From an uncultured Bacilli bacterium (GTDB lineage: Bacteria; Bacillota_I; Bacilli_A; RFN20; CAG-449): 58,959 bases of DNA. Shown one piece after another: positions 28,243-37,445 of this stretch. Each line of letters opens with the position of its first letter. Within the stretch, counting starts at the first letter, position 1. Under the pieces are notes generated by a model that was given only the letters and a program-made list of their open reading frames with translations, ran no database searches and was not told the DNA's origin. The stretch covers positions 1-58,959 of the forward strand of contig CANQTY010000004.1 in NCBI GenBank assembly GCA_947626895.1, given 5' to 3'. Position numbers and translations under genes: made by a program.

Positions 28243-29254
28243 CAAAGATTCCTAACGCACAACAAACCATAATAATGGCAAATAAAGAAAATACAGAAAC
28301 AATTGATGTCCAAACGACAAATTGCCCCGCGAGTTCTCCGTCTTGTTTCATTTCAAATGCCATAGGAACACTACTAACTGCGACAGGTGTACAATATAAA
28401 GCGATTAAAGTAGGAAATTCTAATTCTCTAAATCCTAAGAAATAGCCAATTGTTAAGCAAACAGCTGGGACAATAAGGGTACGTAAGGTCGTACCTAAAA
28501 TAATTTGAGGTGCTAAACGTTTAACACTAGAAAATTTAAATTTACCTCCAAGAGCAAGAAGCGCTAAAGGAGAAGCAATATTTTTAATATTTTCTATTGC
28601 TTTATATAAGAAATTTGAAGATATCGCAGCTTTAGATAAATCAATACCATTATCCACACACAGCATACGAATACCTAAAACGACTAATCCTACGACCACG
28701 CCAATAATTAAAGGATTAGTTACTACCTTTTTTAACATTTTAGGAATAGATATTTTTTCTTCTTTATTTTCTTTAAAAATGGATAATGAAATAACCGCAA
28801 ATACATTAAATAAAGGAATTGATATCGCTGCAACAATTGAAGCTAAACCTACACAAGTGTCTTTTATTGCTTCGGGAGCTAAAAATTCACAAAGAGGAAT
28901 TCCAATAATAGCATAATTAGAACGGAATACGCTTTGTAAAACAACACCTTTTTGCTTTGGATCTTTTACAAATAGGATAACAATTAATAAACCAATAAAA
29001 AATAAGGCAATAATAGATAATGCTGCATAAAGAATTAAAGTCCAATTCATCGTAGAAAAGGCTTCTTTATCAATAAACGCAACGTTGTAGAATAATAAAA
29101 TTGGAATAAATATTTTAAAACAAATCTGATTGACTTTATCTAAAAATTCATCACTAAAAATATTTCTAGACCTTAAAAAATAACCAAATAAAACGATGAG
29201 AACGATAGGAAGTACTGCATTGCAAGAGAAAATAAATAAATTCCAAATATTCAT
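28235..29254 (-). CDS. AEC-family (auxin efflux carrier / malate permease-like) transporter
   Basis: 339 aa with about 10 TM segments and the typical AEC two-half architecture. Converges on and overlaps the DUF3810 gene by 8 nt. Confidence 0.75.
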   Translation of the reverse strand: MNIWNLFIFSCNAVLPIVLIVLFGYFLRSRNIFSDEFLDKVNQICFKIFIPILLFYNVAFIDKEAFSTMNWTLILYAALSIIALFFIGLLIVILFVKDPKQKGVVLQSVFRSNYAIIGIPLCEFLAPEAIKDTCVGLASIVAAISIPLFNVFAVISLSIFKENKEEKISIPKMLKKVVTNPLIIGVVVGLVVLGIRMLCVDNGIDLSKAAISSNFLYKAIENIKNIASPLALLALGGKFKFSSVKRLAPQIILGTTLRTLIVPAVCLTIGYFLGFRELEFPTLIALYCTPVAVSSVPMAFEMKQDGELAGQFVVWTSIVSVFSLFAIIMVCCALGIFVI

Positions 29255-29312
29255 GATAAAAACCTCTTTTTCATTCTATCACTCATTATAAGATAAAGAA
29301 AGATTAAGAGAT

Positions 29313-30077
29313 TTAACCAAGTAATAAATCTAATGACATCATGAGCAAAAATCCAAATAGAAAGAATAAGTCTCTCAAGATTTTTTTCATACCGTTTTCA
29401 TTATTTACTAACTCATCAATGATAACATAAAGCATTGCGCCTGCTCCAAAAGAAAGAATAAAGGGCATAAAGTTAGATAAAGTTGATGATAATAAAATTC
29501 CAATTAAAGCCGCGATAGGTTCTACACTTCCTGATAAGATACCAAATAAACATGCCTTTTTTGATGATTTAGTTTCTTCAAGCAAAGGAAAACTAGAGGC
29601 TGCACCTTCTGGAAAATTTTGTATACCTATTCCAAATGCCAATAATAAAGGAGCGATAAAAGAAGTCATTTCTTGATTATTTAAAGCGATACCAAAAGCT
29701 AAACCGACTGATAATCCTTCTGGAATATTATGAATGGTCATTGCAAAAAAGAGTTTTCTCCCTTTTTGATATTCTTTTTTACTCGTTTTTTCTGTAATAA
29801 TATCAAAAATTAAAACAAAGATTGCGCCTATAATAACTCCACTTAATATAGGAATTAAAGGGATTCCATTTTGTTCTTCATTGATATCTATCGCAGGTAA
29901 AAGTAAGGAAAATAGCGATGCTGCAAGCATCACACCACCCGCAAAAGAAAGAAATAGATAAGTATATTTTTCCTCCTTCTTTTTATGGTGGAATAGCACA
30001 GTCATTGCCCCTAAAGAAGTCATTAAAAAGATAAAAAAGATACCACCAGTTATATATAAATAAGGCATATATTTCAC
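29313..30077 (-). CDS. ZIP-family divalent metal (zinc) transporter, ZupT/GufA-like
   Basis: HNIPEGLSVG and GIQNFPEG motifs, about 8 TM segments. Confidence 0.88.
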   Translation of the reverse strand: MKYMPYLYITGGIFFIFLMTSLGAMTVLFHHKKKEEKYTYLFLSFAGGVMLAASLFSLLLPAIDINEEQNGIPLIPILSGVIIGAIFVLIFDIITEKTSKKEYQKGRKLFFAMTIHNIPEGLSVGLAFGIALNNQEMTSFIAPLLLAFGIGIQNFPEGAASSFPLLEETKSSKKACLFGILSGSVEPIAALIGILLSSTLSNFMPFILSFGAGAMLYVIIDELVNNENGMKKILRDLFFLFGFLLMMSLDLLLG

Positions 30078-30123
30078 CCTTATTATATTTATGAACTTTA
30101 GTGATATCTACTTAGGCTATAAC

Positions 30124-32175
30124 CTAGCAATTTTTTATAACGTTTTGTACTTTTTGCTTTTCTTCTACTTCAATGAGTGCTTTCTTAACACTTTTTTTAA
30201 TAATTCTTGCCCCATAACGGAGAATATCTTCCTCGCTGATTTTTAAATAGGGTTCAAGATCTTTATAATCTATGTTGTTTTCAGAAGCCAATGAAGATAG
30301 ATATTTTTTAGCAATTAATGTTCTTGCATCTTCTTTAAGATAATTAAAAAGGATAATATCATCAAAGCGCGATAAAAATTCAAAACGGAAACGGTTTTGT
30401 AATTTGTTTAGTAGTTCTCCTTCTTTACTCTCACTTCTTGATAATTTTTGATGAAATAATTGAGCGTCATCAAAGCCATAATTACTCGTCATGATAATCA
30501 TTGCATTATGTACATCCACACGTCTTCCCTTTCCATCTTGAAAGCTTCCTTTATCCATCATTTCTAAAAGAAAATCTAAAACTTCATTTCCTGCTTTTTC
30601 TACCTCATCAAGCAAAATAAGAGAATGGGGGTGACTTTTTAGGCGACGCACAAATAAGCTCCCCTCTTCACCATATGTTCCTTTACTTGGAGAAATTAAT
30701 CTACTTAAGGCATAAGGATCTTGATAAGAAGATAAATTGATATGAATGATATTTTCCTTACCAAATAAATATTCTCCAATAATCTCAGCAGCAAAAGATT
30801 TACCTACTCCTGTAGGCCCTAGGAAAAAGGCACTATACAAAGGACGATCTTCATTTTTAAAGCAATATTTTAAAGAAGTTAAAAGATATTCAATACGTTT
30901 TAATGCCTCTTCTTGACCAAAGAGCTCTTCCTGGAGACGCCTAATAATTTCATTTTGAGTATCTTTCTTTTCAACTTCAATTTTATAATATAGCGATAAC
31001 GTATGATAAATATCTTCCTTTGTTAAGGGATGATGCGTGGCAACTAAAGTATTATCTAAGATATCAATGGCTTTATCTGGGAAAGCCAGTTCAGGTAAGT
31101 ATTTCGCGGATAAATCAACGATTTCATCTAAAATTTCATCATCGATTTTCGTATCATAAAAAGCTTCATAAATATCCTTGATATTTCGCAAAATTTTTTT
31201 TGTTTCTTGAGGTGATGATTCCTCTACACGAATCAACTGAAATCTTCTTTTTAAAGGCTTATCTTTTTCAAAAATCTGTTCATATTCTTCTTCTGTCGTT
31301 GCACCAATTAATTGAATTTCTCCGCGTGCAAGATAAGGTTTTAAAATATTCGAGGCATCGATTGCTCCTTCTGCTCCACCTGCTTTAACAATATTATGAA
31401 TTTCATCAATAAACAAAATAGCATGTTGATCTTCTTTTACTTTTTTAAGGATTTTTTTAATTTTTTCTTCAAACTCACCGCGATATTTAGTGCCCCCAAC
31501 AGTCGAGGCAATATCTAGTTCATAAAGATGTTTTCCTTTTAAAGAAGGAATTTGATCATTTTCTAATAAATAAGCTAATTCTTCGCATATCGCAGTCTTT
31601 CCAACTCCTGGTTCACCAACCAAAATGGCATTAGGCTTATTTCGCCTAGATAAGGCATTTATTAGCTGATTTAGTTCACTTTTTCTTCCTATCAAAGGAT
31701 CCTTATGATTTCTTCCTAATGGATGTAAGTCTAAGATAGTATCTAACTCTGTATATCGCCTTTCTTTTTCTGCGCTCTTTTTTAAAGATATTAAATCCAC
31801 ATGAAAACGATTTAATAATTCATAAGCCGAACAATTTTCATCTTCAATGATGGCTTTTGCTAATAAAAAGGGTGTAACTATCTCTTCTTTTTCTAAAGTT
31901 TTCTTTTGAAGATTATTTAAAAGAAGCTTTAATTCTACACTATATTCCATATATAAAGGATCTTGGTCTTTCTTTATATATAAAGACTTAATTCTTTTAT
32001 AGACAAAATCATAATGAATTTTTTGTCTTTCTAATTCTTTTGTAAAAGGTAAATCTTTTTCTTTTAAAAGCGCTAATAAAAGATGTTCACTACTAATTAA
32101 AGAATGATTCAAATGAAATGCAATCGACTCCGCGAGGGAAATAACCTTTTGGGCATCTTTTGAAAATGGTTCCAT
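30124..32175 (-). CDS. Two-ring Clp/Hsp100 AAA+ ATPase with Clp_N domain but no M-domain (ClpA-like architecture)
   Basis: Clp_N repeat (ISSEHLLLALLKE). D1 Walker A GEPGVGKTA and Walker B ILFIDEIH. D2 Walker A GPTGVGKSF and Walker B LILLDEVEKA. Only about 35 aa separate D1 and D2. A possible ClpP-docking tripeptide is YGF in MTSNYGFDD. Confidence 0.85.
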   Translation of the reverse strand: MEPFSKDAQKVISLAESIAFHLNHSLISSEHLLLALLKEKDLPFTKELERQKIHYDFVYKRIKSLYIKKDQDPLYMEYSVELKLLLNNLQKKTLEKEEIVTPFLLAKAIIEDENCSAYELLNRFHVDLISLKKSAEKERRYTELDTILDLHPLGRNHKDPLIGRKSELNQLINALSRRNKPNAILVGEPGVGKTAICEELAYLLENDQIPSLKGKHLYELDIASTVGGTKYRGEFEEKIKKILKKVKEDQHAILFIDEIHNIVKAGGAEGAIDASNILKPYLARGEIQLIGATTEEEYEQIFEKDKPLKRRFQLIRVEESSPQETKKILRNIKDIYEAFYDTKIDDEILDEIVDLSAKYLPELAFPDKAIDILDNTLVATHHPLTKEDIYHTLSLYYKIEVEKKDTQNEIIRRLQEELFGQEEALKRIEYLLTSLKYCFKNEDRPLYSAFFLGPTGVGKSFAAEIIGEYLFGKENIIHINLSSYQDPYALSRLISPSKGTYGEEGSLFVRRLKSHPHSLILLDEVEKAGNEVLDFLLEMMDKGSFQDGKGRRVDVHNAMIIMTSNYGFDDAQLFHQKLSRSESKEGELLNKLQNRFRFEFLSRFDDIILFNYLKEDARTLIAKKYLSSLASENNIDYKDLEPYLKISEEDILRYGARIIKKSVKKALIEVEEKQKVQNVIKNC

Positions 32176-32232
32176 GAAACTATTCCTTTCTACATAATTT
32201 ATGTATATGCACTTTTAATTATTTCCAAAAGA

Positions 32233-32256
32233 AGCGAATCTAAAAGAAGATTCGCT
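32233..32256 (-). terminator. Hairpin terminator between the serpin and Clp ATPase genes
   Basis: The minus strand reads AGCGAATC-TTCTTTTA-GATTCGCT followed by TCTTTT. Confidence 0.5.
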
Positions 32257-32264
32257 CCCTAAAA

Positions 32265-32281
32265 TTCGACAAAATTCGACA
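32265..32281 (-). promoter_or_regulatory. Tandem perfect Spo0A boxes (TGTCGAA-TTT-TGTCGAA)
   Basis: The minus strand reads TGTCGAATTTTGTCGAA. That is two consensus 0A boxes 10 bp centre-to-centre, about 90-105 nt upstream of the Clp ATPase start. Confidence 0.5.
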
Positions 32282-32284
32282 AGA

Positions 32285-33757
32285 TTAATATGGACGATCT
32301 ACATGTCCGACAAATAAGGGTAAATGATTTTGATCATAGATGATATAGATATATGGATGATCTAATTTAACCTCTAATGTTTTGCCATCAAATGGCGCGG
32401 CATTTCCTGCTCCTGCAAAAGATAAGGACTTTACAATTGTTCCTTCCTCATTAAAAGTTACTTGATTTTTTTGCATGATTTTTTCAATTGCAAAATCGCC
32501 CTTTAGTGAAAATACACGATCAAGATTTTTAAATGTTGGTTTAAAGATATCTCCTAAACCTAACTTTGATAAAATTTCCTTAAAATCAACAGATTCTAAC
32601 ATATTGAGTTTAGGAAGAGTTAAATCAATAAAGATGTCCTTTTCTACATGTTCTAAACTTACTTCTCGAGTCAATCTTTTTTCTTCATCTTCATGGAATA
32701 TATCTTGATTTTGAATTGCTTCATCAATTTTATAATCATCCTTAGCCACTAAATATTGAACTGAATATCCATTTCTATATGCATCATAAACACTATAATA
32801 TTTATCATATTCATATGCCTTTCCAAGATATCTATGATTCATATAAGTCACTCGATCATTTTGTGTTTCATTGATATAGAAGGTATCATCATAAGAATCG
32901 CTTTCATAATATCTATTTTTCCATTTTTGTGAGAAATATAAAGCACTAAATAAATATAAAATCGGATCATCCTCAATAGATAAATCATCTTTATTAATAA
33001 AGTCATCATCTTGCATTTTGGAATTTACCCATTCTATCATCTTGTTGATATCTTTCTCTTTATTAAAATCTAATTGAAAAGCTTCAACATAATGAGAAGT
33101 TAAATCATTAATATACTCCTGTTTATAAGGGAAGCCATTTGTTAAAAATGCACCGTGATACATTTGAGTTGTACCTGTTTCGCTATTTACAAAGAAGTTA
33201 TTTAAATACATGTTTATATAATTTTCTTTACGAAGAGAACTATTAAGTCCTAAAACGGTATCAAAAATTTGAATCATCTCCTCATTTTCATATCCTAAAG
33301 ATAAGATGTGAAGTAAGCTATATAACATCATTGGTGAGTAGCAATAATTTTCTTGCTTTCGACCATTTTCATCTACTTTTAAGGCAAAATCATTCATAGC
33401 CATTTCAAAATCTTCACTAATTAATAATTCAGAAGGATGATCAGGCGATGGATATTGAATTTGATTTAATGAACGGAAAGAATCTTCTTCCATACTTTTA
33501 ACAACACTCATTTGATATTCTTTGTTATATAACCTCGTTTGGGGTTTTTCTTGAATAAACATAGTTGCAATAAAAATAATCGGTCCTAAAAGAATGAGAA
33601 CAAGACAAAATGTAGCGATTTTTAAGGATTTTTTTGCTATTGCTCTTGGAGTAGAAACTTTATAGGAATTCACCTCTAAAGAGGATTCATCAATTTTAGA
33701 ATCTACTTTAAAAGAGGTTTTAAAATCTTTTTTAAAATTTTTCTTCACTTTAGACAT
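32285..33757 (-). CDS. Membrane-anchored serpin-family protein
   Basis: Start MSKVKKNF (ATG 33757) follows AAGGAGAG and overlaps the sigma gene stop by 8 nt. There is a TM segment (IATFCLVLILLGPIIFIATMFI). C-terminal serpin signatures are the hinge FNEEGTIV, then LDHPYIYIIYD and PLFVGHVDRP. Confidence 0.8.
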   Translation of the reverse strand: MSKVKKNFKKDFKTSFKVDSKIDESSLEVNSYKVSTPRAIAKKSLKIATFCLVLILLGPIIFIATMFIQEKPQTRLYNKEYQMSVVKSMEEDSFRSLNQIQYPSPDHPSELLISEDFEMAMNDFALKVDENGRKQENYCYSPMMLYSLLHILSLGYENEEMIQIFDTVLGLNSSLRKENYINMYLNNFFVNSETGTTQMYHGAFLTNGFPYKQEYINDLTSHYVEAFQLDFNKEKDINKMIEWVNSKMQDDDFINKDDLSIEDDPILYLFSALYFSQKWKNRYYESDSYDDTFYINETQNDRVTYMNHRYLGKAYEYDKYYSVYDAYRNGYSVQYLVAKDDYKIDEAIQNQDIFHEDEEKRLTREVSLEHVEKDIFIDLTLPKLNMLESVDFKEILSKLGLGDIFKPTFKNLDRVFSLKGDFAIEKIMQKNQVTFNEEGTIVKSLSFAGAGNAAPFDGKTLEVKLDHPYIYIIYDQNHLPLFVGHVDRPY

Positions 33758-34274
33758 CTTTGCTCTCCTTTCCATAATATTTCTTCGCTTTTTGAATAGC
33801 GCGATAATATTTTGACGAGATAGCATCAACGCTTAAATTCTTTTCACTAGCGATTTCTTTAAAAGTAAATCCATAAAGTAAATGAAGAACCATGTATTCA
33901 ATTTCTTCTTCATCTAAAAACTTTTTAAAGATCTCAATATGTTCATCATATTCGATATTTGATGAAGGAATGTCGTCCTCTAAAGGGACTTCTTTAGCTT
34001 TTCTTCTTTTTAAATCAGTAATAAGATTTTTTGTGATCGTAACTAAATAATATTTAACCCCATGTCCACTTTTTACTTCATTTTTGTTTTCAAAGAATTT
34101 AAGAAAAGTTTGAGAAACAATGTCTTCTGCATCTTCTTTATGTGCCAACTCTTTTATAGATAGATAATAAATTAAAGGTGAATATTTTTCATAAAGACAC
34201 GAAAAAGCTTTCCTCATCTTTTTTAAAGATGTTGATCTTAAGTCATTCAAAAGTTTCTCATCACTTTTCCTCAT
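33750..34274 (-). CDS. Sigma-70 family (ECF-like) RNA polymerase sigma factor
   Basis: 174 aa. Region 2 (YEKYSPLIYYLSIKELAHKEDAEDIVSQTFLKFF) and the region 4 HTH (FTFKEIASEKNLSVDAISSKYYRAIQK). Confidence 0.85.
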   Translation of the reverse strand: MRKSDEKLLNDLRSTSLKKMRKAFSCLYEKYSPLIYYLSIKELAHKEDAEDIVSQTFLKFFENKNEVKSGHGVKYYLVTITKNLITDLKRRKAKEVPLEDDIPSSNIEYDEHIEIFKKFLDEEEIEYMVLHLLYGFTFKEIASEKNLSVDAISSKYYRAIQKAKKYYGKESKDV

Positions 34275-34304
34275 GCTTTTCTCCCGTCATATAATAAGAC
34301 AAAT

Positions 34305-34802
34305 TTAGGCATGGTTTTCGTCGAATCTTTTGATAAAATAATTTTTAATCCCGTTTGGAATTAAGTATTCTTCTTGATGCAATAAAATATCTTTATAATT
34401 TAACCAAACAAAAGAGATTGTTTCTCCCTCTTGGAGTTTTACTTGATCTTTAGAAATAGAAGTGAGACATAAATAATTAAAATAATAAGTTTGTACTTTT
34501 TCATTGCCCACTTGATTTAAAAGAATTAAGTTATCTTCTATTCCAGTTTCTTCTTTTAATTCTCTTTTTGCACAAGTTAAGGGATCCTCACCTTGAAAAG
34601 CAGAACCACCCGCGGTAAGTTCAAAAATCCCTCCATGGTGCTTATTAAAATCTCTTTGCATCAAAAGAAAACTTCCATCGACATGTTCAACAATAATATT
34701 GCATACCAAATGAAACATTCCTTGAGGAATCGCTTCACCGCGTATTAATGTGACTCCTCCTATCTTTTTAAAATCTTTTGTATAAGCATCCCAATATTCC
34801 AT
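34305..34802 (-). CDS. NUDIX hydrolase
   Basis: Nudix box GGSAFQGEDPLTCAKRELKEETGI. Confidence 0.88.
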   Translation of the reverse strand: MEYWDAYTKDFKKIGGVTLIRGEAIPQGMFHLVCNIIVEHVDGSFLLMQRDFNKHHGGIFELTAGGSAFQGEDPLTCAKRELKEETGIEDNLILLNQVGNEKVQTYYFNYLCLTSISKDQVKLQEGETISFVWLNYKDILLHQEEYLIPNGIKNYFIKRFDENHA

Positions 34803-34810
34803 AGTTCTCC

Positions 34811-34836
34811 TTTTAAAAAGCCCTAAAAAGGGCTTA
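34811..34836 (-). terminator. Hairpin terminator after lysS
   Basis: The minus strand reads AAGCCC-TTTTTA-GGGCTT followed by TTTA. Confidence 0.5.
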
Positions 34837-34841
34837 ATAAT

Positions 34842-36326
<1,485 letters not shown>

Positions 36327-36408
36327 TTACCTCTTTCTTGTTGATAACGAATTTATTTTATCATGTTTTGCCTATTTATCCAAATGGAAAGACTTCTTAA
36401 ACATAAAT

Positions 36409-36445
36409 AAAAAGCCGATAGATTGCTTATTTATTTCCTATCGAC
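36409..36445 (-). terminator. Hairpin terminator after the 106-aa ORF
   Basis: The minus strand reads GTCGATAG-(16 nt)-CTATCGGC followed by TTTTT. Confidence 0.45.
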
Positions 36446-36469
36446 TATAAAATTTCATTTGTTTTTTTA

Positions 36470-36790
36470 TTAATATCTATTTAATTCTGCATACATGATT
36501 TCTTCCGTACTACTAAAATATCTTTCTATATCTTGAAGTAAATCATGAAAATTTGATTTCCGTCCCATTTCGGTTATAAAGGAATCATAATGTAATTTCT
36601 TTCTTTTTACACAGATATCTTGGAGTTCTTGGCATAATCTAGGTGACCATTCTTTAATAAACGCCTCACTTACATTATACGTAATATCAAATATACGATT
36701 ATCGTTCCATTTACATAGTTGTTGAAGTTGTTCCTTGCGGATTCTTAATGTTTCAATCTTTTCCTCTAATTCATAACGTGTATATCTCAT
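36470..36790 (-). CDS. Hypothetical protein (106 aa)
   Basis: An intact ORF 16 nt downstream of the Sel1 gene. No motif recognised. Confidence 0.45.
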   Translation of the reverse strand: MRYTRYELEEKIETLRIRKEQLQQLCKWNDNRIFDITYNVSEAFIKEWSPRLCQELQDICVKRKKLHYDSFITEMGRKSNFHDLLQDIERYFSSTEEIMYAELNRY

Positions 36791-36806
36791 TTTTCTTTGC
36801 CCCTTA

Positions 36807-37247
36807 TTAATATCCTAAGCGATATAAGGCTTTTCTCCCATTTTCAGAACCATGCGAAGCTGCTTCTCTATACCATTTAATAGCATAAGACATGCCGCCT
36901 TCTTCATATCCTTTTTCATAGAAATAACCAACCTTATACATAGCTTCTTCATCCGCGTACATTCCCATAGTGGCTGCATAATAATATTTATACGCTGCAT
37001 TCAAATATCTTCTATCTCCTTCAACTCTTCCGCGTTTTTCATAAATTGATGCTGCACTTAAAAATGCAGAAGATAAATCATATGAATCTGGATAATGATT
37101 ATCAATTGCCCTATTAACATAAGAAATAACTAAATAATTAGCATCATTATCATTTCCATCTAGCCTACAATTATATGCTAGTTCACAAATTTCACTCCAT
37201 GTTCCATGTTTTGCTACACGATCTATTTTGTTTCCAAATAATCCCAT
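36807..37247 (-). CDS. Sel1-repeat (TPR-like) protein, 146 aa
   Basis: Sel1-type repeats (AAYKYYYAATMGMYADEEAMYKVGYFYEKGYEEGGMSYAIKWYREAASHGSENGRKALYRLGY). Confidence 0.7.
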   Translation of the reverse strand: MGLFGNKIDRVAKHGTWSEICELAYNCRLDGNDNDANYLVISYVNRAIDNHYPDSYDLSSAFLSAASIYEKRGRVEGDRRYLNAAYKYYYAATMGMYADEEAMYKVGYFYEKGYEEGGMSYAIKWYREAASHGSENGRKALYRLGY

Positions 37248-37445
37248 GATGAGCCTCCCTTTTCTTTCAATATATTCAATATATTAAAATATCTTTATAA
37301 AAGAATCATAACATTTTTACCTCTTTTGTCAATAAGCACAAAATTAGCAATTATCATCTTTCTTTTTATGATGGGGTATTCTCAAAAACATAAATTAGGT
37401 TTAAAATTAAAGAAGAAAGAATTTTTCTTTAGGAGGGAGTTTACA

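Noticed and set aside
32258-32281. The direct repeat AAAATTCGAC x2 as a CtsR operator, because it lies upstream of a Clp ATPase.
   Set aside because: The CtsR consensus is (A/G)GTCAAA-NAN-(A/G)GTCAAA. The repeat here is GTCGAAT/TGTCGAA, which matches the Spo0A box exactly and CtsR only loosely.
37267-37284. The tandem 9-mer TCAATATAT x2 in the Sel1/RHS divergent promoter, identical to the CIRCE spacer at 46797-46805.
   Set aside because: It is a short AT-only sequence. The identity with the CIRCE spacer is most likely coincidental, and there are no flanking CIRCE arms.
37326-37445. The 40-codon N-terminal extension of the RHS ORF in the ORF track (MSISTKLAIIIFLFMMGYS..., which looks like a signal peptide).
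   Set aside because: It begins at a TTG with no SD. The internal ATG 37446 has a perfect AGGAGGG 8 nt upstream. The extension also runs through the AT-rich divergent promoter region.
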